Source: a virus (lineage: Duplodnaviria; Caudoviricetes). From it: a stretch of DNA of 28,967 nt. This document shows positions 10,131 through 19,467 of the stretch, in pieces (position 1 is the first letter of the stretch; each line of letters opens with the position of its first letter). A program made the translations under genes and the position numbers. The notes below the pieces were generated by a model. It did no database searches and had not been told where the DNA came from. It saw only the letters and a program-made list of their open reading frames with translations. The stretch covers positions 1 through 28,967 of IMG/VR virus record IMGVR_UViG_3300020044_001268, one strand, 5' to 3'.

Positions 10131-10470
10131 CTTCTTCTTTAGGTTTCCCTTGTACAGAAACAATTGTTGTATTAACTATATATTTTAGATAATCAACCAA
10201 TGGACCTTCAGAAACAAAAATTGAGCCTAATTCGTCAATCCAATCACAAGCATCATTTTCATTAAAAATGATTTCTTCTTTATTACTTACACAAGCCGCC
10301 ATATATCCTATATGTACTAATTTGACAATATTGTCTATGTCGTAGTGCGATTTGCTTAATAAATCAAAGTACTTGTCAATGGTTATACCTTTTGCATTGC
10401 AAAATTCTCGCATTGCCCAAGTTCCCCATTTTAATTTTATTGTTTTGTTGTTTAGTTTTAGTTCGAACAT
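10096..10470 (-). CDS. Tail assembly chaperone (gpG-like)
   Basis: 124 aa between the tail tube and tape measure genes, ending in EEEKKK over a homopolymer run. Confidence 0.75.
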   Translation of the reverse strand: MFELKLNNKTIKLKWGTWAMREFCNAKGITIDKYFDLLSKSHYDIDNIVKLVHIGYMAACVSNKEEIIFNENDACDWIDELGSIFVSEGPLVDYLKYIVNTTIVSVQGKPKEEEKKKSNKAKLG

Positions 10471-10476
10471 AGGTTA

Positions 10477-10917
10477 TTATACAGTTTCAGTTTGAGTTAA
10501 TGGAGGTAAAGCTACTGTGAAAGTCGCAGTAAATTTAACATCATCTTTATCAGCTGCGTTTACATCAAAAGCAGAGATAAATACTGTTCCAGAATAAGTA
10601 ATATCCCCAGCAGCTGGAGTAGCCTTACCCATCTTCATTGCAAATGTTGTTCTTGCAGCGTGAGCAGTATATAATTGTTGGTAACTATCTTTTGCTGGAG
10701 TTCCAGTTTCGTCAATTGCAAAACCTTCTGCTCTAAAAGATTGCGTAAATGAAGGACCAGCTTGGAATTGGTCTCCACATTTTGAAGTTGCATCAATTAC
10801 ATTTAAAGTTGATGTTAATGAGTTAGTTGTAAGACAAGCAACTGGCTTATATGTTCCATCGTTGTCTATGTCTGCTAAAAGGATATAATCCCTTGCTGAT
10901 ACTTTAGTTTCTGCCAT
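10477..10917 (-). CDS. Major tail tube protein (TP901-1-like)
   Basis: VACLTTNSLTSTLNVIDATSKC...YSGTVFIS...VKFTATF; canonical position after the tail terminator. Confidence 0.8.
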   Translation of the reverse strand: MAETKVSARDYILLADIDNDGTYKPVACLTTNSLTSTLNVIDATSKCGDQFQAGPSFTQSFRAEGFAIDETGTPAKDSYQQLYTAHAARTTFAMKMGKATPAAGDITYSGTVFISAFDVNAADKDDVKFTATFTVALPPLTQTETV

Positions 10918-10922
10918 TTTAT

Positions 10923-11330
10923 TTAATTTTGAGTTATTGTTATGTTATATGTTATTATCGTTCTAAAGACATTATCAATTGGGTTTATTCCATCTAAGTT
11001 TCTGATACTTTGAACATATAGCGTTGAACTATAAAAGCCATTTGCCAATGTTATATTAGTATCTGAATTAATAGCAGTTAAAACCAAATTGCTAATTTCT
11101 TCAGCTCGTTTATAGCCAAAGTTAGCATTTTTTGTAACAATGTCAACATCTATACTAATAGAGTTTGTATACCCAGCTTTACCTTGTTCTTGACTTGATG
11201 TTCTACCTTCCATTACGATATATTCATTCCCAGACCCATCTGGTGCAATACCATCGTAAACAGTTAAACCACTTGCACTTGTTAAGTTGGTATAAAACCA
11301 TTTCTTTATTTCAATATTAGGATTAAGCAT
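10923..11330 (-). CDS. Tail terminator / completion protein (DUF3168, SPP1 gp17-like)
   Basis: 135 aa, VYDGIAP...YIVM motif, lying between the HK97 gp10-like and tube genes. Confidence 0.7.
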   Translation of the reverse strand: MLNPNIEIKKWFYTNLTSASGLTVYDGIAPDGSGNEYIVMEGRTSSQEQGKAGYTNSISIDVDIVTKNANFGYKRAEEISNLVLTAINSDTNITLANGFYSSTLYVQSIRNLDGINPIDNVFRTIITYNITITQN

Positions 11331-11847
11331 TTAACAATTCTTTTAATCTTTTAATTAATTTAGGCTTTTCTTGTTCATAGGCTGGAATTAAAAAAGGTTG
11401 AGGTCTTATACCTTTACGCAATATATTTAATGCTATTATATAGGCTAAACCTTTTTCATTTTTGCCGTTTCCTATTCCTTTTCTTTTGACCCACAAAGTT
11501 AATGCTTCAACCATATCCTTAAACTTTCCACCTTTGCCACCTTTAAATGTCTGAGCATATGCTTGAAAGTCTGCTGGAACGCTTACCTTACCACCAGTTC
11601 CAAATTCAATATATGGACTATAACTTGCAGATGAATTTACAGTAAATGTTAAATCACTATTTTTTTCTAATTTGATGCCATTTCTTAATTGCCCAAAATT
11701 TACTGGTGCAAGTTTTTTAGCATCTGATTGTATTTTTAAAGCTGAAGCGTTAATCTCATCTGATACATCTTTTTTTAATGATACATCTAAATTCTTAAGA
11801 GCATCCTCAACTTCTTTAATACCTTGTAAGTTTACTGAAAAACCCAT
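11323..11847 (-). CDS. HK97 gp10-family neck/tail protein
   Basis: AKKLAPVNFGQLRNGI, YSPYIEFGTG and RPQPFLIPA motifs. Confidence 0.85.
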   Translation of the reverse strand: MGFSVNLQGIKEVEDALKNLDVSLKKDVSDEINASALKIQSDAKKLAPVNFGQLRNGIKLEKNSDLTFTVNSSASYSPYIEFGTGGKVSVPADFQAYAQTFKGGKGGKFKDMVEALTLWVKRKGIGNGKNEKGLAYIIALNILRKGIRPQPFLIPAYEQEKPKLIKRLKELLNA

Positions 11848-12188
11848 TATCTATAAATTACAAGTTCGTAAAATCTATGCTGGTTTTCTACATCCTTTAC
11901 TGAATGTATTGTGTATCTTGAACCTTCTACCTCAACTTCATAGGTATCAGTAATAGCAACTCCATAACGAATATAAAGCCTCATTCTTTGGTCAAATTGC
12001 AATTCCGACTCTCCTATATTCCTTACCTTATTATCTGGTCTTAAATCGCCCCAAACAGTGCTTTGTAGGGCAAATGTGGTAGTATACCCACCTTGTCCAT
12101 CACTTGTGCGAGTTGGTGCGTATAATAACACTTGGCGTGTCATTGAATTGGCATCTACATAATCCGTTTTTGCTTTACCTAATTTCAT
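11847..12188 (-). CDS. Head closure protein (SPP1 gp16-like)
   Basis: DGQGGYTTT...TVWG...YIRY...YTIHSV; likely start is the ATG at 12188 (MKLGKAK), just after the upstream stop at 12190. Confidence 0.78.
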   Translation of the reverse strand: MKLGKAKTDYVDANSMTRQVLLYAPTRTSDGQGGYTTTFALQSTVWGDLRPDNKVRNIGESELQFDQRMRLYIRYGVAITDTYEVEVEGSRYTIHSVKDVENQHRFYELVIYR

Positions 12189-12189
12189 A

Positions 12190-12717
12190 TTATAATATTG
12201 GCGAAGTTTTAGACCATCTTTGACATGCTCTCCATGTTTTCTCACAAATACCAGAATTTGAATCTAAACCTCTGTTCTCGTAATCATAGCTTACTTGGTC
12301 TAAGATAGCTATTTTAAGGTCTTTTGGTAAGCAATCAAATCCAGCGTTATAAACTGCTCTCATGTCAGCTTGAGTAGGAAAATTTATTTTAGGATAAGCA
12401 CCACCTACTACTCTTAATTCATTACCAGTTATTTCGTTTCCATTGTTATCATAGACAGAAAGCAAATAAGTAACTGGTCCAAAAGGCAATTGAAAAAAAC
12501 CGCCTTGATTGTTAAACCATACTTCTACTTGGCGAGGTATCAAACTTAAATTAGTTGCTAATTCAATAGCCTCTCTTGCTTGAGTAATCATTGTTTCTAT
12601 TAATGCATCTTCAGTAGTTGTACTTACTCTGCAATACAATTTAGCTTCAGCAAGTGTAACTGGCTCTGTTACTGGAGTATTATTAGAAAATTGATAATCA
12701 TTTATAAATGTGTACAT
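12190..12717 (-). CDS. Head-tail connector (HK97 gp6 / SPP1 gp15-like)
   Basis: EPVTLAEAKLYCRV...EDALIETMITQARE...PKDLKIAIL...YENRG. Confidence 0.88.
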   Translation of the reverse strand: MYTFINDYQFSNNTPVTEPVTLAEAKLYCRVSTTTEDALIETMITQAREAIELATNLSLIPRQVEVWFNNQGGFFQLPFGPVTYLLSVYDNNGNEITGNELRVVGGAYPKINFPTQADMRAVYNAGFDCLPKDLKIAILDQVSYDYENRGLDSNSGICEKTWRACQRWSKTSPIL

Positions 12718-12730
12718 ATCCCATTTTTTA

Positions 12731-12738
12731 CAAATTTA
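12731..12738 (-). promoter_or_regulatory. -7 promoter box TAAATTTG
   Basis: TAnnTTTG immediately after the capsid terminator and 13 nt before the ATG at 12717. Confidence 0.6.
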
Positions 12739-12750
12739 CATTAATTATAA

Positions 12751-12778
12751 TAAAAAACCCCACCGGTTAAGATGGGGT
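12751..12778 (-). terminator. Intrinsic terminator after the major capsid gene
   Basis: ACCCCA (12757-12762) / TGGGGT (12773-12778) stem, extendable by G-U pairs, followed on the minus strand by a U-run. Confidence 0.8.
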
Positions 12779-12800
12779 CTTTATTTTATATAGGTTATTA

Positions 12801-13895
12801 TTATGCAACATTACCCATATCAGCATAGATAGCTGAAGTAGTCAACATTAAGTTGATGTCTTCGTAACACTCAATACGAGCTGTTACTAAGTTCTTTTGG
12901 AAGTTTTCGCCATTCTCATAAGAGAACTCGATAGCTAAACCTTCAACTTCTACTCTCTCTAAGTAAGAAGAATCAAAGATTAATACTTTGTCATCAGTTA
13001 CCCAAGATGCAGATACTACTGGTACACCCCATATAGTGATACCACCGTTAGGAGAAACGATTACAGAACCGTTACCAGCATAGTAACCAGCAGCAACAGT
13101 AGCTTTCAATAAACGACCCATTTGAGTTTGGCTTACTAAAGCATAAGAAGGAACGAAGTTTGCAGTCTTTTGGTTACCGATGTAATCAATCAATTGTAAT
13201 AAATCGTTAGTTTCCGCAGTTGTAGTAGAACCAGTTGCAGCACCAGATACAGTAGAGAAAAACGCAGCGTTCTCAGCTTTGAAGAAATCTCTTTGTAACA
13301 TTCTTGGTAATGTTTGAGTCATGAAAGGTAAAGACTTTAACATTTGCTTAGAGAAAGTTGAGAAACCAGCTAAGTAGTCGTTTACAACTTTAACTTCAGT
13401 TAAAGAGTAGTTGTTCTCACCTTTATTGTTACCTTCTGTTTGAGCAGCAATGTTGTTAGTCAAACCGCTATTCTCACGATAGTAAACATACAAACCGCTT
13501 TCGCTTCTAACAGTAGGGATTAAATCTCTAAAGTTGATGCTTTGTGCTGGTTGGATAGCTGGGTTTGGAGCATAAGATGCTTGAGCATCACCAGTTAAGT
13601 TACCACTTAAAGTCATTGTCTTAACATCAGATAAATCTAAACGATATTTACCGTTAGACTTTAAAGATTTTTCCATTGCATCGAAATTACCGTCTAATTT
13701 CTCCATTATAACTTCATCAATGTGCTTTACTTCTTTCTTAGCAGCTTTCTTTTGAGCAGCTAATTGAGAATCGATTTGTTTTTGTAACTCATCTTTTACA
13801 ACAGTTACAGATGCAGCTACTTCTTTAATTTGAGCTTCTGCATTAGCTTGAAAACCTTTAAGGTTCTCTGCCATTTCGTTAATTAAATTTTCCAT
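12801..13895 (-). CDS. Major capsid protein, HK97 fold
   Basis: 364 aa with an N-terminal coiled-coil delta-like domain, EGNNKGE, IWGVPVV and FQKNLVTARIE motifs; follows the prohead protease. Confidence 0.92.
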   Translation of the reverse strand: MENLINEMAENLKGFQANAEAQIKEVAASVTVVKDELQKQIDSQLAAQKKAAKKEVKHIDEVIMEKLDGNFDAMEKSLKSNGKYRLDLSDVKTMTLSGNLTGDAQASYAPNPAIQPAQSINFRDLIPTVRSESGLYVYYRENSGLTNNIAAQTEGNNKGENNYSLTEVKVVNDYLAGFSTFSKQMLKSLPFMTQTLPRMLQRDFFKAENAAFFSTVSGAATGSTTTAETNDLLQLIDYIGNQKTANFVPSYALVSQTQMGRLLKATVAAGYYAGNGSVIVSPNGGITIWGVPVVSASWVTDDKVLIFDSSYLERVEVEGLAIEFSYENGENFQKNLVTARIECYEDINLMLTTSAIYADMGNVA

Positions 13896-13897
13896 TT

Positions 13898-14644
13898 TTA
13901 CTTTTTAAATAGATTGTTAAATTGTTTGATTGCTTTTAATACTTCTTCATTACTTTTTTCCTCTACTACTGTTTCGGTCGGCTCAACTGATGGCTCGGGT
14001 TGAGTGATAGTTTCTACAATTTCAAGTTCTAATAATGCAGCTTGTATTTGTTTTATTTGAATCTCCATTAAAGCAAAAGTGTCATCAGTAAAAGTGCCAC
14101 CTCTAAATGCCTTAATCAAGTTTTCTAAACGCAAAGATAATGTTTCTTTGTTCTCCTTGAACTCACCTTTAAAACCTAAAGTTGGAGTTTCTGGATTAGC
14201 ACCCCATAGAACCGCTGAACCTTCATACAGTTTTAATTCTGTAATTGTTCTCACTCCAGTCTTTTGGTCAACTGTGCTTTTTAATGTAGTAAAACCTATT
14301 GAGTGTTGATTGATTAAACCAGCTTCATACAATTTGATTGCATCTTCGCCACACTCAGTCTCAATTAAATCTGTAACTGCTACAAGCATGTCGCCTTCAA
14401 TGTACAATTCTTTAGGCTTACCTAAAGTATGAGCCATATCTGCTTTGTGGTCAACTAAAGACCAAATCATATTTTTCCCAGCTGGTCCTCTTTCTTTAAT
14501 TGTTTTAGTAAACGCTTCAGCAACGATAATATCACCGTCTAAATCTACATTACCAATGCGAGACCAACACGCTTTAACTGTTCTTGTTTCTGGGACTATG
14601 TCTAATAACATTTCATCATATCCCTTTTGTTCAATTTTACTCAT
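13898..14644 (-). CDS. HK97-family prohead protease
   Basis: NVDLDGDII...AFTKTI, DH, SIGF and LYEGSAVLWGANPET motifs. Confidence 0.92.
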   Translation of the reverse strand: MSKIEQKGYDEMLLDIVPETRTVKACWSRIGNVDLDGDIIVAEAFTKTIKERGPAGKNMIWSLVDHKADMAHTLGKPKELYIEGDMLVAVTDLIETECGEDAIKLYEAGLINQHSIGFTTLKSTVDQKTGVRTITELKLYEGSAVLWGANPETPTLGFKGEFKENKETLSLRLENLIKAFRGGTFTDDTFALMEIQIKQIQAALLELEIVETITQPEPSVEPTETVVEEKSNEEVLKAIKQFNNLFKK

Positions 14645-14648
14645 AAAA

Positions 14649-14656
14649 CAAAGTTA
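14649..14656 (-). promoter_or_regulatory. -7 promoter box TAACTTTG, 4 nt before ATG
   Basis: Minus strand reads TAACTTTG-TTTT-ATG (start 14644). Confidence 0.65.
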
Positions 14657-14668
14657 TTATATTTTTTA

Positions 14669-15544
14669 TTATTGCAACGCTTCCGCTACAAGATTACCAA
14701 TTGTCATTCCTAATACATTTCCAAGCAAACCCCAAATAACTCCAGCATCACCTTTTGGTGGATTGTTTTCTAATTTTAATAATTTACCATCAACCCCTCT
14801 TACTGCCTCATATCCTAATGTGCATCTACAATTACAAACATTAGCTGCATGTGCCGTTGAATCTCCGGGATGTAACATAAAATCTATAAAGCCTTTACCG
14901 TCTACTTGGAACTTTGTATCTATTGGAACTTGTACTCCATCCATGTGTAAATGGTCCGCACTATCTCTTGGTATTCTACGAGTTCTATTGTCTTTTGTTG
15001 CTATCCATTCTTTAACAGTAACTAATCCAGTAGATAAAGCACCTACCATTGACCCAGCATTAGCTGCTCTTGATGTTTCTGTTCTTGCTATTAATTCGGC
15101 TCTATAATCTGTAATTCCAGATTGTCTTAGTAAAGGTATCATTTCAGCATAGCTTAAACCTTGCTCCGCACCTTGCATAAGATACCTTCTTATTTGCTCT
15201 TTTGTTGTATCTGTAATATCTGCTGCTAATTTATCTAAGCCTTGTCTTTCTAAGTATTGCAAAATAACATAAGAAAATAAATCAGTCTTTGCTGACTTGC
15301 CCTCAAATGGTCCTATATGCCCTTTAGATAGCTTTTTAACATCTTTCTCAGCTTTAAGAGCCATCTTAGTACCTAATGATACATGAAGCTGCTTAATGGT
15401 CTTTTTTAAGGCTTTATCACTTATTGCATCGTAATCTCGTGTACGGCAATAAGTATCTACTTGCTTTTGTAGTTCTTTTTTGAACTTAGGCGAATAGGTC
15501 TTTAATGCATTTGCATAAAGTTTTCTATAATCTTGCCAAATCAT
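14669..15544 (-). CDS. Minor head protein (SPP1 gp7 / Mu gpF family)
   Basis: RAELIARTETSRAAN, KEWIATKDNRTR, H..MDG and HPGD...NCRC motifs. Confidence 0.9.
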   Translation of the reverse strand: MIWQDYRKLYANALKTYSPKFKKELQKQVDTYCRTRDYDAISDKALKKTIKQLHVSLGTKMALKAEKDVKKLSKGHIGPFEGKSAKTDLFSYVILQYLERQGLDKLAADITDTTKEQIRRYLMQGAEQGLSYAEMIPLLRQSGITDYRAELIARTETSRAANAGSMVGALSTGLVTVKEWIATKDNRTRRIPRDSADHLHMDGVQVPIDTKFQVDGKGFIDFMLHPGDSTAHAANVCNCRCTLGYEAVRGVDGKLLKLENNPPKGDAGVIWGLLGNVLGMTIGNLVAEALQ

Positions 15545-15940
15545 TTAAGCGTCAATTTTCTCTAATAACTTACCAGCTGCATTAAATACATCGGTTTGCT
15601 TTTGTTGTCCGGCTCTTTGTCTTATTGCAATTAATCCGGCTCTATCTACATTCTCAAAATCACTTGTATAAATATAATGCCAATGTGCTTTAGTTTCTGG
15701 GTCAGCATTTGCGTCAATACCTAAATGCCATTTGCCATAAGCCGCCCATCCGTTCTCCTCAATAAACTTATTCTCTTGGTCCATTGTTGGCGGAGTCCAA
15801 GATTGTGGTTCTTTTACTTTACCAGCATCTACTTTAGCATTAGCAAAAGTGTTACCAGCTTTGTTAATACCAGTTGTCTTTTTTATTTCCTCTATTAAAT
15901 ATTTTGATAATTTAATAAATTTTTCTGCGTAATTATTCAT
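15545..15940 (-). CDS. Hypothetical protein in the head module
   Basis: 131-aa ORF tightly packed between portal and gp7-like genes. Confidence 0.7.
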   Translation of the reverse strand: MNNYAEKFIKLSKYLIEEIKKTTGINKAGNTFANAKVDAGKVKEPQSWTPPTMDQENKFIEENGWAAYGKWHLGIDANADPETKAHWHYIYTSDFENVDRAGLIAIRQRAGQQKQTDVFNAAGKLLEKIDA

Positions 15941-17312
15941 TTGGTAAATTTAATGGTTGAAAGTCATCTACTGGCTGCAAAGAACTTGGGATATAAAGTT
16001 TTTCCATTTCAGTTTGGTCAATATATTCTGGAATTTCTAATCCCATAATATCCATTTTTTGTTTTGGAGCAATCCACCACGCTTTATCAAGCCAGTCTAC
16101 TTGTTCTGTTTTATTAGCTTCAAGTTCTCCATAGATAGATGCGTCAAAATCAACATAAATACTTGTTCCTTTATAACCCCAATCAGAATGTAGCTTTCTG
16201 TTGATGTTATCTCTCATACCAGTCAATAAAGGTAAAGCACATCTTAAAGTTAAAGCCTTTTCGCCTTCTCTTTGGTTATTGTATGTCTTATTCTCGCTAT
16301 CGTTTAATAATTGTGCCGGTACTCCGTAAATATTGCAAAGTGCTTTCATGTCCCACTTTTCACTCTCAATAATATCAAGTTCTACCGGACTTAATCCTAT
16401 TTGTTTCCAATCTACTTTATAACCACTAACTGCAATTGAATTAAAGTTAGTTGCTCCGCCTTTCTCACTTACTGCTCTTTTTAATGCTTGTGCTTGTTGA
16501 TTTCCGCTTATTGGGTCGAATCTATCATCGTTCATAAAAAGAACTCCAGCTGGACCTCCATTCTGGAAAGATGCAACCGCAGCAGTCTTGGCTTCGTTCG
16601 AACGAGTTAAGTTTCTCGCAGCAGCCATTAACGGAGATTGACCATACAATTGATTTCCAGTAGTATTCCATTGTGGGTTAAAGTATTTGTCTTGTAATAT
16701 TTCTTGTTTGCTAAAATCCCATAAAGGACCATAGTTTAATTGATAACCAGCTATCGTTGGAGGAAACTCCATTGTATTAGCTATGATATACATATACTGA
16801 GACGGCAATACAAACAATTCATAAGGTTTGCCAGTATTTGCTCCGCCTTCAATCATTTTAGCATACACAAAAGAGTTACCGGTAACTAATTTAAAACCAG
16901 CCCATGCCTCAATTAAATCACCCCATGTGTCCTCTTGGTTTGGATATTTAAGCAATTCATTTAATCTTGAATCACCTTCATAAATTTCAAATGCTTTCTT
17001 ATGTAGCTTATGTACTTCTTTCCAGTTTTCAATCTTATCTGGTTGACTCATTAAAGCCTTATATTTCTTAGCTGAAACTTCATCTACTACTTTGTAAACA
17101 TGCCAAGGGGCAATCTTTGCTTTATCAGTAATTAATTTTACAATTGAATAAACAATATCATTAGCTTGATAGCCTTCCCTAACAAAACTAATATTATCAC
17201 CACCTTGCCAAGTTACAATGCCTTGTTGTATTGCTACTTGTCCGTTAAAAGGTATGTTAGGTAAAATAGTGTTTAGCTTCTGTCTTTTCTTCAAGAAGTC
17301 AAATAATCCCAT
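15933..17312 (-). CDS. Portal protein, HK97 family
   Basis: GNSFVY, LYGQSPL, FQNGGPAGVL, IYGVPAQLL and TYNNQRE motifs; follows TerL. Confidence 0.93.
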   Translation of the reverse strand: MGLFDFLKKRQKLNTILPNIPFNGQVAIQQGIVTWQGGDNISFVREGYQANDIVYSIVKLITDKAKIAPWHVYKVVDEVSAKKYKALMSQPDKIENWKEVHKLHKKAFEIYEGDSRLNELLKYPNQEDTWGDLIEAWAGFKLVTGNSFVYAKMIEGGANTGKPYELFVLPSQYMYIIANTMEFPPTIAGYQLNYGPLWDFSKQEILQDKYFNPQWNTTGNQLYGQSPLMAAARNLTRSNEAKTAAVASFQNGGPAGVLFMNDDRFDPISGNQQAQALKRAVSEKGGATNFNSIAVSGYKVDWKQIGLSPVELDIIESEKWDMKALCNIYGVPAQLLNDSENKTYNNQREGEKALTLRCALPLLTGMRDNINRKLHSDWGYKGTSIYVDFDASIYGELEANKTEQVDWLDKAWWIAPKQKMDIMGLEIPEYIDQTEMEKLYIPSSLQPVDDFQPLNLPNE

Positions 17313-17328
17313 TTGTGTATATTTTAGT

Positions 17329-17336
17329 CAAAGTTA
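17329..17336 (-). promoter_or_regulatory. -7 promoter box TAACTTTG
   Basis: Intergenic, 16 nt upstream of the portal ATG. Confidence 0.6.
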
Positions 17337-17347
17337 AAGATTTTATA

Positions 17348-18661
17348 TTAGAATACGCTTACTTGAAATTTAGGAGTATATTCAAAAACCATCCTCATAG
17401 CAAGGCAGTCGCTAAAGTCTGGAGAACGACCTATCAATGCTTTGACTTTGTCTTTAGGTATTATTCCTTTTTTACCATCGTTATCTACTGACTTTTGTTT
17501 CACTTGCTCTAACTCTTGTACTATCTTTTCTTTGATTGTTCCATTTGCGTTTATGTATATCTTGTTGTCGTTTATAAACTCTGCTAATTTGTAATAACAT
17601 TGCGACTTAAGATTATCAAAGTTTTCTTTTTGTCTTGTTACTGGGTTTTCTAATGGAGAACTATTATTGACAAAGTTTTTGCAACCTTGAATCATATCAG
17701 CAACTCCACCGCCAACACCATCGGAATCCACCACTACTTGAGAATTAGGTATTTGGAACTCTGCTTGGTATTGTTTTATGATTTCAGCCACTTCAACAAC
17801 TGACTTACCTTGATACTGATGTAGTTTAACCCGAAAGCCATCCCAGATGCCAATAACAGTACTGTCGCTACCAAAACGAGCAACATCACAACTAATATAT
17901 CGTAAACCAGTAGCAATATAGCCGCTATTAAAAGCATCAAGAATTTTATCATAATCTATTAATGTTGAAGGGTCATTTGAGTATTCCCAGTTACCAAATA
18001 ATAATCTTTCTTTTGAAACTGTATCTAATGTTAAAAGGTTTTCCTTGTAATGCTTTGAGATAAATGGGTTATCATCAATAAGCGAAGCTACAAAGCGTTT
18101 ATTAGGTGCAATCGTGTTATCTACTTGTGGTTTATAAAACTCCGAATAAGTCCAGTTCTTAGCTGGGTTACAAGTGTAAAGAACTTTAGGTATTAATTCG
18201 TTTTCATCAAGCTGATATCTAATCCTTGACTTGATAATATTTCGTGCCTTATCTTCTATTTGGTTGGCTTCATCTATAAATGCATCGGTTATTTCTAACG
18301 AACCTAATTCATCAAAGTTTGGGTCGGAAGGATAAGCGTAAAGGTCTTTTAGTAAAATTACTGAGCCGTTAAATAATTCTATTTGGCTCATTTGCCCATT
18401 ATACTTGTAATGCTTACCAGCTTCTAATCCTTGTAATTTAGCTACTTGAAAGAATGAAACCAATGTAGTTTCTTTAAGTGTCTTTAGGACCGCACGACCA
18501 ATTAAGCCTCTTGTATTAGGATATTTTAACCTTTGCTTTAACTGCCAGTAACAACCTAATGCAGTTTTGCCACCACCAGCACCGCCTCCGAAAAGTATCT
18601 CGTTGGTGGTCTTATCTTCAAGTAAATCTAAAGCTATTGTTTGTTTTATAGACAGTTCCAT
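17348..18661 (-). CDS. terL: Terminase large subunit
   Basis: Walker A GGGAGGGKT, Walker B AFIDEA, TCNP, nuclease DVARFGSD and SPDFSD; likely start is the ATG at 18661 (MELSIKQ), coupled by TAATG to the upstream gene. Confidence 0.95.
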   Translation of the reverse strand: MELSIKQTIALDLLEDKTTNEILFGGGAGGGKTALGCYWQLKQRLKYPNTRGLIGRAVLKTLKETTLVSFFQVAKLQGLEAGKHYKYNGQMSQIELFNGSVILLKDLYAYPSDPNFDELGSLEITDAFIDEANQIEDKARNIIKSRIRYQLDENELIPKVLYTCNPAKNWTYSEFYKPQVDNTIAPNKRFVASLIDDNPFISKHYKENLLTLDTVSKERLLFGNWEYSNDPSTLIDYDKILDAFNSGYIATGLRYISCDVARFGSDSTVIGIWDGFRVKLHQYQGKSVVEVAEIIKQYQAEFQIPNSQVVVDSDGVGGGVADMIQGCKNFVNNSSPLENPVTRQKENFDNLKSQCYYKLAEFINDNKIYINANGTIKEKIVQELEQVKQKSVDNDGKKGIIPKDKVKALIGRSPDFSDCLAMRMVFEYTPKFQVSVF

Positions 18662-19008
18662 TATAGGCTTCCGGTATTTCCTACATAAGTTTTTTTCTCT
18701 TCCCAAGTAATACTCATTCCTCCACTTACCTCTACCTCAGTTGCTTGTTTAGGCTTACCTTCTAATCTATCGATTACTTCTTGGTATGCTCGTTGGTCTC
18801 CCTTTAATGCCTTAGCAATCATCTGCATATCCATTAACTCCAATACTGTAAACTCCTCCTCTTCACCAGTTATTGGGTTTTTCTTCTTTTGTACTAATTC
18901 AAGTAATCTTAAAAGTCTTGTCTTGCTATTTTGTATTCCCTTAGTCTTACCGTTTGGATTTCTTACCTCGCCTTTTTTAGCTGGGATTAAGTTTTGTTCG
19001 TTTGCCAT
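18661..19008 (-). CDS. Putative terminase small subunit
   Basis: NLIPAKKGEVRNPNG...KALKGD...DRLEGKP; directly upstream of and coupled to TerL. Confidence 0.75.
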   Translation of the reverse strand: MANEQNLIPAKKGEVRNPNGKTKGIQNSKTRLLRLLELVQKKKNPITGEEEEFTVLELMDMQMIAKALKGDQRAYQEVIDRLEGKPKQATEVEVSGGMSITWEEKKTYVGNTGSL

Positions 19009-19032
19009 ATTGTCTAATCAATTTCTAATCAA

Positions 19033-19467
19033 TTACAAAGATACGCCACAATTCGGGCAAACCTTTCCTTTCTTAGTATTATCTATTTTTTCTGGCTCTT
19101 CTATGGTTGGAATAAAGAAGTCTAAATTAACTCCCCAATCTGCTAAATCGTGTAAATCCCAATTCTCATTAGCCAGTATGTCCATGTCAAATTCTCCGTT
19201 ATGAGTATTGTCAATTACAAGTAACTTTTGCTTTTTTCTTTCAGATAAATTAGCCATTATCTTAACTGGTACATCTTGTATGCCTAATTCTAAACAAGCC
19301 TTGTATCTTTGATGTCCAGCGAGAATTACATTGTTTTCATCAATGATTATGGGTTTAGCTTCTAATAAATCTTGGTCTTCTTGTATTGACTTAACCAGTC
19401 TTTCAAACTCTGATTTGCTAATCTTTCTTGGATTATTTGGATTAGGTCTAATTTGATTTATGTCCAT
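19033..19467 (-). CDS. ParB/Srx N-terminal domain protein with C-terminal CxxC
   Basis: PNPNNPRKI...PIIIDENNVILAGHQRYKA...DN, ending in CPNCG. Confidence 0.85.
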   Translation of the reverse strand: MDINQIRPNPNNPRKISKSEFERLVKSIQEDQDLLEAKPIIIDENNVILAGHQRYKACLELGIQDVPVKIMANLSERKKQKLLVIDNTHNGEFDMDILANENWDLHDLADWGVNLDFFIPTIEEPEKIDNTKKGKVCPNCGVSL

